Of a stretch of 64,000 nucleotides of DNA, positions 39,484 through 50,193 are shown one piece after another (position 1 is the first letter of the stretch; each line of letters starts with the position of its first letter). Both the position numbers and the translations under genes were made by a program. Origin of the DNA: Bacteroidota bacterium (GTDB taxonomy: Bacteria; Bacteroidota; Bacteroidia; 2-12-FULL-35-15); the NCBI GenBank assembly GCA_016722565.1, contig JADKIU010000002.1, positions 454,119 to 518,118 on the forward strand. The letters are read 5' to 3'. The notes below the pieces were generated by a model. That model was not told the DNA's origin. It worked only from the letters and a program-made list of their open reading frames with translations, and made no database searches.

Positions 39484-41436
39484 TTATTTATTTCTTAATA
39501 AATGAACAAATCCTTTGTTTTCGACTGGCTGTGCATTCTCAACACAAGCGGAAGTATACCTTGCTAACCAAAAGTAAACTCCTTCATCAGCATCATTCCC
39601 TTTAATTTTACCATCCCATTGATCTGATAAGTTGCTTGATTCAAATACTTTTTTACCCCAACGATTATAAATTTCGATGTGGAAATCTTTCACGTAAGCA
39701 AATTTATTTAAATCAAAGGTTTCATTTTTGTTATCACCATCCGGTGTAAATACGTTTGTTTTTACAATATAATCTGGTAAAACTGGAGGTGGAGTATAAT
39801 TTAAAATAGTTGTTAAATAAGTAGGGCAACCAGCGGCTGGATACATCACTACTGTAAATTGAGTGCCGGCAACAGGACTAAGGACGAACAAAGAATCACC
39901 CGTACCTAAAAGCGTTCCAGTACCATCCGGAGTCAAATACCACTCATAAGTAACATATCCTGGAGGGGCGTATAAGTTGATAGAAGGATCTCCTGGACAA
40001 AAAATAGTTCCAATTCCAAGTGTATCACCAGGAGCTGGTGGGTTAGCAATTGTCAATGTATCAAGTGTAGAACAACCACCAAGAGAAGAAACGGTAATAT
40101 AATAAGTACCTGGAGGCATGCCGGCCAAAGTATCGTTATTCGTACCCACTGTAGCTCCTGTTGCGGCATCTACCCATACAAATGTAAAAGGAGGTATCGC
40201 TCCAGTAGGCTGGACGTAGGCAAATCCATCGGTATAATCATGGCAACTTGCAGGAATCACATTGGTGTTCACATTGATTTCAGAGTAAGCCAACGTTACA
40301 GTTAATGAAGTTCCACAACCAGATGCAGACAACATACTAACGCTGTATACTTGTCCTAAAATCGGATTGATAATGGCAAGTGTATCGTTGGTCGCACCAG
40401 GAATAATTGCAGAAGAAGCATCATACCATTGGTAAGTGTTAAATCCCGGAGGCGCTGTTAATAATAACAAGGTATCGTCTGGGCAAAATGCAACTTGCGC
40501 TGCTAATTGCGAACAACTTGCATCAATATATGCATAACCGAAATGACCAGTTAATGTACAATCGCTTGTTTGAAACTGAATTGTAACGGTTGTTCCAATG
40601 TATGGCGTTAAATCGATACTAACCGTTGTCCATTTCTTATAATATCCTTGCAAAGCACCAAAGGAGTCATTGAAAGGATGAAAGGAGGTATCAGAGGCTG
40701 CAGCCAAACCTTCTACTGAATATACACCGCATGGTCCGGAAACCGGAGCTCCTGATGCATCAAAAACGGTGATATCAAAACGAGGTTGCTCAGCAGCAGT
40801 ATGTCCTGTTGGATTTTCTAAAACAACCGCATATTGGTAAGTAAATGAAGTATTTGAAGCGGTAACAGTAATCGGGTAGCGCAAATATTCGGTCTCAGCC
40901 CCAATTTGATCATTCCCTAAACGAGAGGAGAAGGATAAGCCTCCTGGCGCAACCAATGGAATTTCCGGTAAGCCGGACACCGTATTGATTGCCAAAGGAT
41001 CAAATCCCGCACCAGTAACAATTGTATGACGTGTTGCAACAAAACCTGGCGTCCAAGTTGTTGGTAAAATATCGCAAAAACCGGTAGCTCCGCTCCAGTT
41101 TAGAAATGTTCCATCCTCAAAACCTGCATTATCACAAGGTCCTAATGATTTACGTTGTTCGGAAAAGAAACGCTCTGTATTCGGCTGAATTCCTTTTTTT
41201 GCATTGATATAGTCTTTCTTCTTATGTTTAATAATGGATCGAAACTCAATTTCTTTGATTCCTTTTGCCTTTAAATCAGCAATAATTGCCGCTTCATCAA
41301 ACCCAACCAAAAGAGCAGCCTCTTCTTCGTGATTATGAGAAATAGCAACATTATTAAGAATTTCCTGAGCAAACAACGCGTTGGATGAAAGCAAACCGGC
41401 AACCCCTAATAGTTTTAAATAATTTATTTTTTTCAT
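39484..41436 (-). CDS. secreted protein with a T9SS type B (gliding motility-associated, CHU_C) C-terminal domain
   Basis: Signal peptide and Ig-like repeats (TYQWYDAS..., TYEWYL...). The C-terminus (NVFTPDGDNKNETF...IYNRWGKKVFES...GVYFWLARY) is a type B sorting domain. Confidence 0.8.
   Translation of the reverse strand: MKKINYLKLLGVAGLLSSNALFAQEILNNVAISHNHEEEAALLVGFDEAAIIADLKAKGIKEIEFRSIIKHKKKDYINAKKGIQPNTERFFSEQRKSLGPCDNAGFEDGTFLNWSGATGFCDILPTTWTPGFVATRHTIVTGAGFDPLAINTVSGLPEIPLVAPGGLSFSSRLGNDQIGAETEYLRYPITVTASNTSFTYQYAVVLENPTGHTAAEQPRFDITVFDASGAPVSGPCGVYSVEGLAAASDTSFHPFNDSFGALQGYYKKWTTVSIDLTPYIGTTVTIQFQTSDCTLTGHFGYAYIDASCSQLAAQVAFCPDDTLLLLTAPPGFNTYQWYDASSAIIPGATNDTLAIINPILGQVYSVSMLSASGCGTSLTVTLAYSEINVNTNVIPASCHDYTDGFAYVQPTGAIPPFTFVWVDAATGATVGTNNDTLAGMPPGTYYITVSSLGGCSTLDTLTIANPPAPGDTLGIGTIFCPGDPSINLYAPPGYVTYEWYLTPDGTGTLLGTGDSLFVLSPVAGTQFTVVMYPAAGCPTYLTTILNYTPPPVLPDYIVKTNVFTPDGDNKNETFDLNKFAYVKDFHIEIYNRWGKKVFESSNLSDQWDGKIKGNDADEGVYFWLARYTSACVENAQPVENKGFVHLLRNK
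40480..41130. repeat. dispersed intragenomic repeat: the paralogous coding segment also present at about 63140..63880
   Basis: For example, 40520-40600 and 63240-63320 share about 85% nucleotide identity (catcaatatatgcataaccgaaatgaccagttaatgtacaatcgc... against atcgatataggcataaccaaagtgtccagttaatgtacaatcgc...). Confidence 0.7.
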
Positions 41437-41566
41437 AGTAATTCTTTATTTTAAAGCACTAAATATACACTGTTTAAGTGAATATGACTCATTTAAAAGT
41501 AAAAAAGTTGCATCTGTTTAAAATTAATCAGATATTGTTAAAATAATAAGTAAAATTTAAGCAAAC

Positions 41567-42685
41567 ATGACGTTTCAGCCCTTAAATTTGAGAATTAATT
41601 TAAACTCCGTTTTTATAATGAATCTAAAATCTGCTCTTATCATTACATTCGTTGCTGTGAGTCACTTTTTATCTGCTCAAAGCTTATCTGTTATTGTTCA
41701 AAATGGCAACTCCAAGCTTGCATCAGGCAATTATGAGGCTGCTGAAGTAGATTTTGCGAATGCCATACGACTTAATGATGCAGCAACCACGACCTACCTT
41801 GATAAACTAAAAAAATACGGCACTCTGAATGAGTATCAAAAATCCACGTCAGACATGCCGGACGGATTTGTGTACAATCATGACTTGGCAGTTCCTTATT
41901 ATGGACATGGCATGTCGTTGGCTGGATTGGGTAAAAAAGAAGAAGCGTTGTTGGATTTTGAAAAGGCTGTTACAATCGATCCTAAATATGCTGAGGCACT
42001 TTGTGAAAGAGGTATCTTACTTATTTCGAAAGGGATCAAAGACAAAGGCTGTATGGATTTGCGCAAAGCAAAAATGATGAAAAATGAAAAAGCGAAAGGG
42101 CTTTATGATTCAAATGCCTGCTCCCAAATGAGTACAACATTTATTACCAATGGTGATTCGAAAATGAATGCAAAAGATTATGTTGGAGCTATTGCCGACT
42201 ATACATCTGCGATTCAATTGAACAGTGATTCTGTGCAGCCGTATTTAAAACGTGCGGAATGCCAAGTTTTGCTTAAAAAATATGATAAAGCAATCACCGA
42301 TTACAATAAAGCTTTGAAAATAAAACCCGATACAATCGCTATTATGTATCAACGCGGATTGGCTTATAATGCTGCATCAAACTATAAATTGGCTTTTGCG
42401 GACTTTTCATCTGTTATTAAACTGAGCCCGAATTATTACGAAGCATATATGCAAAGAGGTGCGGCCTGTGAAGGAATGGAAAATTTCAAGTCGGCCATGT
42501 ATGACTATTCGGAAGCAATTAGAATTAAACCGAAAGATGGAACAGCTTATTATAAAAGAGGTTTAGCGAATCAAGATGCAAAAGATTATAGTTTCTGTAA
42601 AGATTTTAAAATAGCAGCTTCACTAGGTATTGAAGAAGCAAAATCATTGGCTGAAAATTGCGGACCGCCTCCTCCAAAAAAATAA
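41567..42685 (+). CDS. tetratricopeptide repeat protein (secreted)
   Basis: Multiple 34-aa TPR units ([25 protein letters not shown]... and others). A signal peptide follows the internal Met at 41618. Confidence 0.7.
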   Translation: MTFQPLNLRINLNSVFIMNLKSALIITFVAVSHFLSAQSLSVIVQNGNSKLASGNYEAAEVDFANAIRLNDAATTTYLDKLKKYGTLNEYQKSTSDMPDGFVYNHDLAVPYYGHGMSLAGLGKKEEALLDFEKAVTIDPKYAEALCERGILLISKGIKDKGCMDLRKAKMMKNEKAKGLYDSNACSQMSTTFITNGDSKMNAKDYVGAIADYTSAIQLNSDSVQPYLKRAECQVLLKKYDKAITDYNKALKIKPDTIAIMYQRGLAYNAASNYKLAFADFSSVIKLSPNYYEAYMQRGAACEGMENFKSAMYDYSEAIRIKPKDGTAYYKRGLANQDAKDYSFCKDFKIAASLGIEEAKSLAENCGPPPPKK

Positions 42686-42692
42686 TTCATGT

Positions 42693-43730
42693 ATGTACAA
42701 AAGCATCATTAAACCCATTTTTTTTCTTTTTGAACCAGAAAACATTCATCATATTGTTTTCAAAACCATTAAAATTCTTTGCAAAATTCCTGGTGTTCCT
42801 TCACTTATTCGGAGCATGTATGTTGTGGATGATAAACGCCTGGAACGAAAACTTTTTGGATTAACATTCCCCAATCCTGTTGGCTTAGCAGCGGGATTTG
42901 ATAAAGATGCTAAATTGTTTGATGAACTCGGCTACTATGGATTTGGATTTATTGAAATAGGAACATTAACTCCAAAAGCTCAACCCGGCAATGAAAAACC
43001 GCGTATGTTTCGCTTGCCAGAAGATGAAGGCTTAATCAATCGTATGGGATTTAATAACGGTGGAGTAGAAGAAGCTGTTATTCGATTAAAAGAGAGAAAA
43101 ACGTCCATTATCGTTGGTGGAAATATTGGAAAAAATAAAGTCACTCCGAATGAAGAAGCTGTGAGTGACTATGAAAAATGTTTTGAAGCCCTTTTTGATT
43201 ATGTGGATTATTTTGTAGTAAATGTTAGCTCACCCAATACTCCGGGTTTACGTGAATTGCAAGATAAAGAACCATTGACAAAATTACTGCTCCGTGTTAA
43301 AGAATTAAATGCACAGAAAAAAAATCCAAAGGCCATTCTCTTAAAGATTGCACCGGACTTAACCAATGAACAACTGGATGATATTATTGTTATTGTTAAA
43401 GAAACAAAAATAGATGGTGTGATAGCTACGAATACGACCATTGATAGAAGTAATTTAATAACCGCCAAATCAAAAATTGACGCTATCGGAGCCGGTGGGT
43501 TAAGCGGAAAACCCTTAACAAAAAGAGCAACAGAAGTAATCAAATACCTCAGCCAAAAGTCGAATAAATCATTCCCAATTATTGCGGTTGGTGGTATTCA
43601 CACCGGAGAAGATGCGATTGAAAAATTAAAAGCAGGAGCCAGTTTGGTTCAAATTTATACCGGATTTATTTATGAAGGTCCGGGCATTGTGAAAAAAATC
43701 AATAAAGAACTTTTAAAACAAGGAGTATGA
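42693..43730 (+). CDS. pyrD: dihydroorotate dehydrogenase (quinone), class 2
   Basis: [20 protein letters not shown] is the membrane-associated N-terminus. [24 protein letters not shown] and GGLSGKPL match PyrD. Confidence 0.9.
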   Translation: MYKSIIKPIFFLFEPENIHHIVFKTIKILCKIPGVPSLIRSMYVVDDKRLERKLFGLTFPNPVGLAAGFDKDAKLFDELGYYGFGFIEIGTLTPKAQPGNEKPRMFRLPEDEGLINRMGFNNGGVEEAVIRLKERKTSIIVGGNIGKNKVTPNEEAVSDYEKCFEALFDYVDYFVVNVSSPNTPGLRELQDKEPLTKLLLRVKELNAQKKNPKAILLKIAPDLTNEQLDDIIVIVKETKIDGVIATNTTIDRSNLITAKSKIDAIGAGGLSGKPLTKRATEVIKYLSQKSNKSFPIIAVGGIHTGEDAIEKLKAGASLVQIYTGFIYEGPGIVKKINKELLKQGV

Positions 43731-44574
43731 AACTAATCGAATGTCCACGTGATGCTATGCAAGGCATCCATGATTTCATTCCTACTGAAAAAAAGTCGCC
43801 TATATCAATTCGATTTTAAAGTGCGGATTTGATACGGTTGATTTTGGAAGTTTCGTTTCTCCGAAAGCCATCCCTCAGATGAAGGATACAGCTCAAGTAT
43901 TAGAACAACTCGATTTATCATCTACTCAATCGAAACTACTGGCCATTGTTGCCAATACAAGAGGCGCTGAAGATGCGGTTGAGTTTGAAGAAATTTCATA
44001 TTTAGGCTTTCCATTTTCAATATCAGAAACATTTCAACAACGCAATACTAATTCATCGATTGCCGAATCGCTTACACGTGTTGAAGAAATAAATGATTTA
44101 TGTGTACGAAATAAAAAAGAGCTGGTCGTTTATATTTCCATGGCTTTCGGTAATCCTTATGGAGACGAATGGAGCAGTGATGTTGCAATTGCCTGGACAA
44201 AACGTTTAGCGCAAATGGGAATTAAAATTATTGCACTGAGTGATACCATTGGTGTTTCAAATCCGGAGAACATTAAAACGCTTTTTTCTAAATTGATTCC
44301 GGAGTTTCCTGGTGTGGAAATTGGCGCACACCTGCACACAACACCAACCACCTGGGAAGAAAAAATTCATGCTGCATACGCTTCCGGCTGTCGAAGATTT
44401 GACAGTGCAATAAAAGGATTTGGTGGCTGCCCGATGGCAACCGATAAACTAACAGGCAATATGCCAACGGAAAACTTGCTTAGCTATTTTAAGAATAACA
44501 ATATTAAAACAGGAATAGATGATGTCGCATTTGATCATGCGATGCTTATATCCGGTAGCACCTTTCCATTATAA
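43727..44574 (+). CDS. hydroxymethylglutaryl-CoA lyase, with a +/-1 frameshift in the A7 run at 43779-43785
   Basis: The N-terminus [23 protein letters not shown] at 43727 then shifts frame to [34 protein letters not shown]..., which continues into ORF 43879..44574 (...GAHLHTT... is the HMGL motif). The ATG overlaps the pyrD stop. Confidence 0.8.
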
Positions 44575-44589
44575 GAATGAAAATCTAAA

Positions 44590-45072
44590 ATGGCCAATAC
44601 TAAATTCCAGAGCTTAGTCAACAACTCATTTTTATTTCGCATTTATTTGCTAAAATCCTTACCGATGGCATTCATTGCAGGAGTTCGTGTAAAAGAATTA
44701 TCGGAAGCAAAAGCGATCACAACCGTGAAGTTTGGTTGGTTAACCCAAAATCCATTTCGGTCGATGTATTTTGCTTGCCAAGCCATGGCAGCAGAAATGA
44801 GTACAGGTTTATTAGTAATGAATGCCATTTATAATTCCACTCCAGCCGTTTCCATGTTAATTGTGAAAAATCAAACAACCTATCTCAAAAAAGCAGTGGG
44901 AAAAATTACATTTACCTGTAATGACGGAAATCATATTGCTGAAATAATCACCAAAGTTAAGCTAGGAGGAGAGGGCATAACTACCGACCTAAAATCAATT
45001 GGCATAGACGAACAAGGAGATACAGTTGCTGAATTTATTTTTACATGGTCGTTGAAAGCTAAAGTTAAATAG
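44590..45072 (+). CDS. hypothetical hotdog-fold/thioesterase-like protein (DUF4442-like)
   Basis: 160 aa. The family assignment is tentative and rests on general resemblance. Confidence 0.4.
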   Translation: MANTKFQSLVNNSFLFRIYLLKSLPMAFIAGVRVKELSEAKAITTVKFGWLTQNPFRSMYFACQAMAAEMSTGLLVMNAIYNSTPAVSMLIVKNQTTYLKKAVGKITFTCNDGNHIAEIITKVKLGGEGITTDLKSIGIDEQGDTVAEFIFTWSLKAKVK

Positions 45073-45151
45073 TTTTTAACAGCCGGTTTTTGATTATTTA
45101 ACAAACCAACTTGTCTTTTTATGATTATCTTTGAGGTATATCAATAAATAA

Positions 45152-46225
45152 TTGCGCATGCAAAGAGTTAGTTTCAACAACAAGAACAGTGTTTTTTTTA
45201 ACGCACTAAAAGAAAAAGTAGATTCCTATTTCAAATCAAACAACATCAAAGAAACCGGAAACTTCAAATTATACCTAAAAACGATTATCCTTTCTATAAC
45301 AGCCATTTCCTTTTATGTTGTTTTAGTGTTTTTTACGCCCAATGTCTGGATATCTTTAGCATTATGTGCTTTGCTAGGCTTTAACTTAGCCGCCATCGGA
45401 TTTAACACCATGCACGATGGAGCTCATGGAAGTTTCTCCACAAAAACTTGGGTAAATGAATTAATGGGATATTCATTAAATGCAATGGGTGGAAGTGTTT
45501 ATTTATGGAAATACAAACACAATGTCAACCATCACTCTTTCACGAATATTGAAGGAATGGACGATGATATTGATATCAAACCATGGATTCGAGTTCACAG
45601 TGATCAAAAGAAACATTGGTATCATCGTTTTCAGCACATTTATTGGGTTGGATTGTATGGTGTAACGTATTTACTTTGGATTTTTGTTCAAGACTTTAAG
45701 AAGTACTTTACCGGTAAAGTAGGCGATCTTCCTTTCCGTAAAATGGATGTAAAAGAACATTTCATTTTCTGGATCAGTAAATTGCTTTATATCGCAGCAT
45801 TTATTGTATTGCCCATCTTTATGGTTGGCGTATTGGAAACCATCATTGGCTACTTGGTGACATCATTCGTTTGTGGCTTTGTGATAGCAGTTGTATTTCA
45901 GTTGGCGCATATTGTTGAAGATGCTGCTTTTGAAACACCAACTTCTGAGAATCATAAAGTAGAAGCAGAGTGGGCGGTACACCAAATTCAAACCACAGCA
46001 AATTTTGCTACAAAAAGTAAAATCGTTTCTTGGTTTACAGGAGGATTAAACTTTCAAGTAGAACACCACTTATTTCCGCGTATTAGTCATGTTCATTATC
46101 CGAAAATTTCTCAGTTGGTTCGTGAAACCTGTGAGCAGTTCAATGTTACGTACTTGGAGTTCCCAACGGTGATGAGTGCTGTGCGTTCACATGTGGTGCA
46201 TTTGAAACATGTAGGACAGAATTAA
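45152..46225 (+). CDS. membrane fatty acid desaturase
   Basis: Three His boxes (HDGAHGS, HNVNHH, QVEHHLFP) and 4 TM segments. Confidence 0.8.
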   Translation: MRMQRVSFNNKNSVFFNALKEKVDSYFKSNNIKETGNFKLYLKTIILSITAISFYVVLVFFTPNVWISLALCALLGFNLAAIGFNTMHDGAHGSFSTKTWVNELMGYSLNAMGGSVYLWKYKHNVNHHSFTNIEGMDDDIDIKPWIRVHSDQKKHWYHRFQHIYWVGLYGVTYLLWIFVQDFKKYFTGKVGDLPFRKMDVKEHFIFWISKLLYIAAFIVLPIFMVGVLETIIGYLVTSFVCGFVIAVVFQLAHIVEDAAFETPTSENHKVEAEWAVHQIQTTANFATKSKIVSWFTGGLNFQVEHHLFPRISHVHYPKISQLVRETCEQFNVTYLEFPTVMSAVRSHVVHLKHVGQN

Positions 46226-46255
46226 TTTGAAAATACAAATCAATATTAAAAAGAA

Positions 46256-46280
46256 AGGAGCTCGATTGGGCTCCTTTTTT
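46256..46280. terminator. bidirectional intrinsic terminator
   Basis: AGGAGC-tcgattgg-GCTCCT stem-loop flanked by an A-run and a T-run. Confidence 0.6.
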
Positions 46281-46284
46281 TATT

Positions 46285-47061
46285 TTATTTTGTCGAATTT
46301 GGAGAGATGTAATCTTTTCTTAAAACTGAAATTGAAACACTTCTATTGTCATCATTTTCTTTATTCACTTTAGCGAGATTATATATTTCGTCTTTATAAA
46401 CATTTAACACCAATCTATCTTGTTCAATTCCTTTTGAAATTAACATTTGGTATATCTTCTTGGCTCTTTCCTTTGACAATTCAACCTTTAACTCTTCGTC
46501 TGAAGAAACATTTGCAGACAACTCAATTACCCAATTCTTTCTCAACATTAAAAGTCCCACAAAGCAGTCAATTATTGAATCTACATTTTTTAGTCCTAGC
46601 CATTCTGTAGCAAATAAATCGCTACTATTCTTCTTAAAATTAAACTCAGGAAAGTTAATATGCTGGTAATACGAAACTAAGCAATCATCAAAATGATGAT
46701 TAAGTGTGCTGTCAGAAAAGACAAATTCATATCTTCTGCTGCTATTAAAAAAACAATAGTCATCACACCAACCATAAGTGCAACTGCCATATTTAAGTCC
46801 TTTATGCTCACCAACAATATTATCTACTTTGGTACCCAGCAGATATTTTGTTTCTTTTCTAAAACAATTCGTAAACAAATAATTTCCAGAAGAATCTGTT
46901 GTTACTTCGATTATTGATTGATCGCTGCCAACTACCCTCATTAAAACTCCTTGAACTCCTTGGTTTGTTTTGCAGTCCGATATCTTCCCAACAATAGTCA
47001 ACCCATTATCCTGCCCAATTAGAGCTCCAGTAAATAACAAAAACACAACGATTAATCTCAT
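46285..47061 (-). CDS. hypothetical secreted protein with a degenerate OmpA-like C-terminal segment
   Basis: Signal peptide. ...LSANVSSDEELKVELSKERAKKIYQMLISKGIEQDRL resembles the OmpA C-terminal peptidoglycan-binding motif. Confidence 0.45.
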   Translation of the reverse strand: MRLIVVFLLFTGALIGQDNGLTIVGKISDCKTNQGVQGVLMRVVGSDQSIIEVTTDSSGNYLFTNCFRKETKYLLGTKVDNIVGEHKGLKYGSCTYGWCDDYCFFNSSRRYEFVFSDSTLNHHFDDCLVSYYQHINFPEFNFKKNSSDLFATEWLGLKNVDSIIDCFVGLLMLRKNWVIELSANVSSDEELKVELSKERAKKIYQMLISKGIEQDRLVLNVYKDEIYNLAKVNKENDDNRSVSISVLRKDYISPNSTK

Positions 47062-47077
47062 CTTTTAAAATAAAAAA

Positions 47078-47099
47078 GAGGAACCCAATTGGATTCCTC
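47078..47099 (-). terminator. terminator hairpin downstream of the FG-GAP gene
   Basis: GAGGAACCC-aatt-GGATTCCTC carries one mismatch and is flanked by A/T runs. Confidence 0.5.
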
Positions 47100-47119
47100 T
47101 TCTTATCAATAATATTAAA

Positions 47120-50020
47120 CTATTTCGTTAAAGTCAACTTGCTCACCAATTTATTGTTTTCATTCCTGATTGCAATAAAGTAAGTTCCTGCATTCAATTC
47201 ATTTACATCCAACTGAATGGTTTGTCCTTGCATTGGATCTTGAACAGAAGCTGTTTTCACCAATCGTCCCATTACATCTGTAATTTCAATAACAGTGGTT
47301 GAATTCATTCCGTAATTAAACGTAACGTTTACTTCCGAACTAGCAGGGTTAGGGTAAATAACCACACCATTGTTTTCATCAATTGCTGAAATTCCGGTTG
47401 TTCCGGTAATGGTTGCTACAACAGGAACACGTGGTGAACTGCTACAATTAATCGGTGCACCTTCAATTTTCCAATCGTAGAAATAATAATAATACAATGG
47501 TCCTTGGTTAGACCCTGTTAATGAAACAAAACCAGCCAATGTGTATGGATAAGCAACAGCTGAAGCACTACGTTGCATTTTCGGATTGGTACTTCCAAAA
47601 CTAGTTGTGTTTGTTGCTCCATCAGTCGTCAAATGATAACCTGTTCCCGGTGTCAAAGCAAAATTTAAGGTGATGATCGTTGTATCAGCCGGTAAATTGA
47701 TTGTCAAACTATTAATCGTAGTTAACGAAGCATCTTGCAATAAGATTTGTCTAACACCAGCAGTGTTGGTATATACTTTTACGGTTTGAAGTGTACATGC
47801 ACCAATTACATCAAAGTCAACAGAACCATTGGTTGTTGCTCCGGTTGAATACAAACTTGAACCAGTATGATCTGGTTGTCCGGTATATCCAATTGCTCCT
47901 GGATATACATTTGTTTCATCAATATAATACGTAGTTGTTGTGCTAATAACCGGTGTGCTATAACTTGTTCCTGTTCCTACAGATGTTCCTCCGGTAGATG
48001 CAGTATACCAATTAATTGTTCCACCTGCGCCTGCAGCCGATAAATTTAAAGATATAGGTCCAATTCCTGCGGTACCTGTTCCAGTTGGAGAAGCGGGAGA
48101 AGCAAAAACAGTAACACTTGTTGGAGGAGCTGTCCACGTTTGACACAATCCAGTTGTTGTTAAATTATAGGTTCCTGAAATAAGAGGATTGATTGTTTGA
48201 GTTGTTGCCGTAAATCCACTTGGGCCTGTCCAGCTATACGCAGTTGCAGAAGTACTGGTTAATGCCAATGTTCCTCCGCAAGAATTTGAACCGGAAGTAA
48301 CAACGGATGGTGTTTCATCCGGATTCATGGTTACCGTAATTAATGGAGAAAGGTTGGTGCAACCTGCAGCATTGGTAACAACTACATAATAGTTACCAGT
48401 TGCAGCAACCGAAATGGATGGAGTAGTAGCTCCATTTGACCATAAGTAAGAGGTATAACCTGCCGGAGCATTTAAGCTAACAGAACCTCCTGTACAAAAT
48501 GAATGTGGTCCGGGAATAACATTATTTGTAATGGAGCACCCACCTTCAATAACTGTTACAAATTGTCCGGCACTTAACGTTCCAAACGTATTGGTTAATC
48601 CAGATGGCCATTCAATTGTTGCAGATGTAATAGAAGCATCAGAGCCCAATCCGAAATGTAAATCAAATGAATTTTCTGTTCCGTATGATTCGCCAGCTCT
48701 TACTTCACGCACTTGCGTTCCAAAAGAACCTGTGATTATTACTTTTGCACCAATTGCACCATCATTGCTTGTCGTTCCAGTCAAATGGAACGTGATAAAA
48801 TTATTTGAATTTCCATCGTTCATCCACAATACATCATCCGTTGCTGTTGGAGTATTGTAAACGTTACCGTAAGAAGATACCAAGTCGATAAATCCATCGT
48901 GGTTCAAATCCCCTGCAGCAAAAGATAAGAAGGTTGTCATTGCTCCACCAAAAGCATTCGTTGCTTGTGTATAGGTTCCATCGTGATTGTTTTTGTATAA
49001 ACGTAAACCCGGACCTGAAATTAAAATATCCAACCATCCGTCATTATCAAAATCTTCAACAAATGATTCGATTGCATCAAAGGAAGTTGAGAACCCTGAA
49101 CCGGCCGTTACATCCGTGAATACACCGGAACCGTTGTTCGAAAAAATCTGGCTGTTTTCACCGTGATTGGTTAATACAACATCTTGATCACCATCATTAT
49201 CTAAATCACCAAAACTGGATGTCCAAGTTTGTTTGTAATTTCCAACTGCCTCTAAGCCTGTTGCAGCAGCATCTTCTACGAATCCGCCAGCACCGTTGTT
49301 TCTAAATAAACGATCTCTTCTTCTTTGGTCATTCGAGCTGGAAGCACTTTGACGGCAATGTGCGATGTATAAATCCAAATCGCCATCATTATCAATGTCT
49401 AACCAAACACTGCCATAATTCCCTGAATCGTAGGGATCGCCACCATAGGTCATCCCTGGATTGATTTCTGTATCAATTAATGCAGTTGTTAAAGTCATTG
49501 TCCCTGCATTGTTTTTATAAATTTTCATGTAATCATTGTCATCACATACAGCTAAATCTACCCAACCATCATTATCAATGTCTCCAAAGGTGATGTTTTG
49601 AACGAAATACGAACCACTTAAAACAGTAGTCGTAGTAGTGATGGTACTTCCCGACCAAAATAATTTAACTAAAGACGTTGATCCAGCTCCGGTTGCAACA
49701 TCTTTCCAACCATTGTGATCCACATCAGCTACTGCCATTCCCCAAACATTTCCTGCACCAACATCTCCTAAGTTGTAATGGGTAAATGTACCATTGATGT
49801 TTTGCAATTGAACAACTAAGTCGCTTGCCTGATCCATTTTAACAATGTCATCCAGACCGTCATTATTGACATCCACAACAGTAATTGAGTTACCACTGTG
49901 CGTTGCAGTTGGTGTTAAACTATTCTTGTTGGTGAAAGAGAACTGTGCATTCATTCCAAGCACACCTATAAGGCAAGTGGAAGTAAGCAGCATTGATTTT
50001 CGTAATGTAGATTTTACCAT
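47120..50020 (-). CDS. large secreted FG-GAP/VCBS-repeat (ASPIC/UnbV-like) protein with a T9SS type A C-terminal sorting domain
   Basis: At least 7 D-x-[DN]-x-D-G-x-x-D calcium-binding FG-GAP motifs (VVDVNNDGLDDIV, GDIDNDGWVDLAV, LDIDNDGDLDLYIA and others). C-terminus is VIYPNPASSEVNVTF...GTYFIAIRNENNK. Confidence 0.8.
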   Translation of the reverse strand: MVKSTLRKSMLLTSTCLIGVLGMNAQFSFTNKNSLTPTATHSGNSITVVDVNNDGLDDIVKMDQASDLVVQLQNINGTFTHYNLGDVGAGNVWGMAVADVDHNGWKDVATGAGSTSLVKLFWSGSTITTTTTVLSGSYFVQNITFGDIDNDGWVDLAVCDDNDYMKIYKNNAGTMTLTTALIDTEINPGMTYGGDPYDSGNYGSVWLDIDNDGDLDLYIAHCRQSASSSNDQRRRDRLFRNNGAGGFVEDAAATGLEAVGNYKQTWTSSFGDLDNDGDQDVVLTNHGENSQIFSNNGSGVFTDVTAGSGFSTSFDAIESFVEDFDNDGWLDILISGPGLRLYKNNHDGTYTQATNAFGGAMTTFLSFAAGDLNHDGFIDLVSSYGNVYNTPTATDDVLWMNDGNSNNFITFHLTGTTSNDGAIGAKVIITGSFGTQVREVRAGESYGTENSFDLHFGLGSDASITSATIEWPSGLTNTFGTLSAGQFVTVIEGGCSITNNVIPGPHSFCTGGSVSLNAPAGYTSYLWSNGATTPSISVAATGNYYVVVTNAAGCTNLSPLITVTMNPDETPSVVTSGSNSCGGTLALTSTSATAYSWTGPSGFTATTQTINPLISGTYNLTTTGLCQTWTAPPTSVTVFASPASPTGTGTAGIGPISLNLSAAGAGGTINWYTASTGGTSVGTGTSYSTPVISTTTTYYIDETNVYPGAIGYTGQPDHTGSSLYSTGATTNGSVDFDVIGACTLQTVKVYTNTAGVRQILLQDASLTTINSLTINLPADTTIITLNFALTPGTGYHLTTDGATNTTSFGSTNPKMQRSASAVAYPYTLAGFVSLTGSNQGPLYYYYFYDWKIEGAPINCSSSPRVPVVATITGTTGISAIDENNGVVIYPNPASSEVNVTFNYGMNSTTVIEITDVMGRLVKTASVQDPMQGQTIQLDVNELNAGTYFIAIRNENNKLVSKLTLTK

Positions 50021-50121
50021 GATCGTTTTTATTAGTTGAAAGGTGTATTTATAATTGATGAAAATACAATTTATTTTGTTGATTTACAAAGAAATCCTGT
50101 TAAATTTCTGTGAACAAAAAA

Positions 50122-50150
50122 AGGAACCTCAATTGAGATTCCTTTTTTTT
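50122..50150. terminator. bidirectional terminator (fabI 3' end) that resembles the 47078 hairpin
   Basis: AGGAACCTC-aattg-AGATTCCT followed by T8, with an A7 run upstream. Confidence 0.55.
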
Positions 50151-50193
50151 AACTAGTCAGATTTCTCCGCTTCGGTCGAAATGACAACAATGC

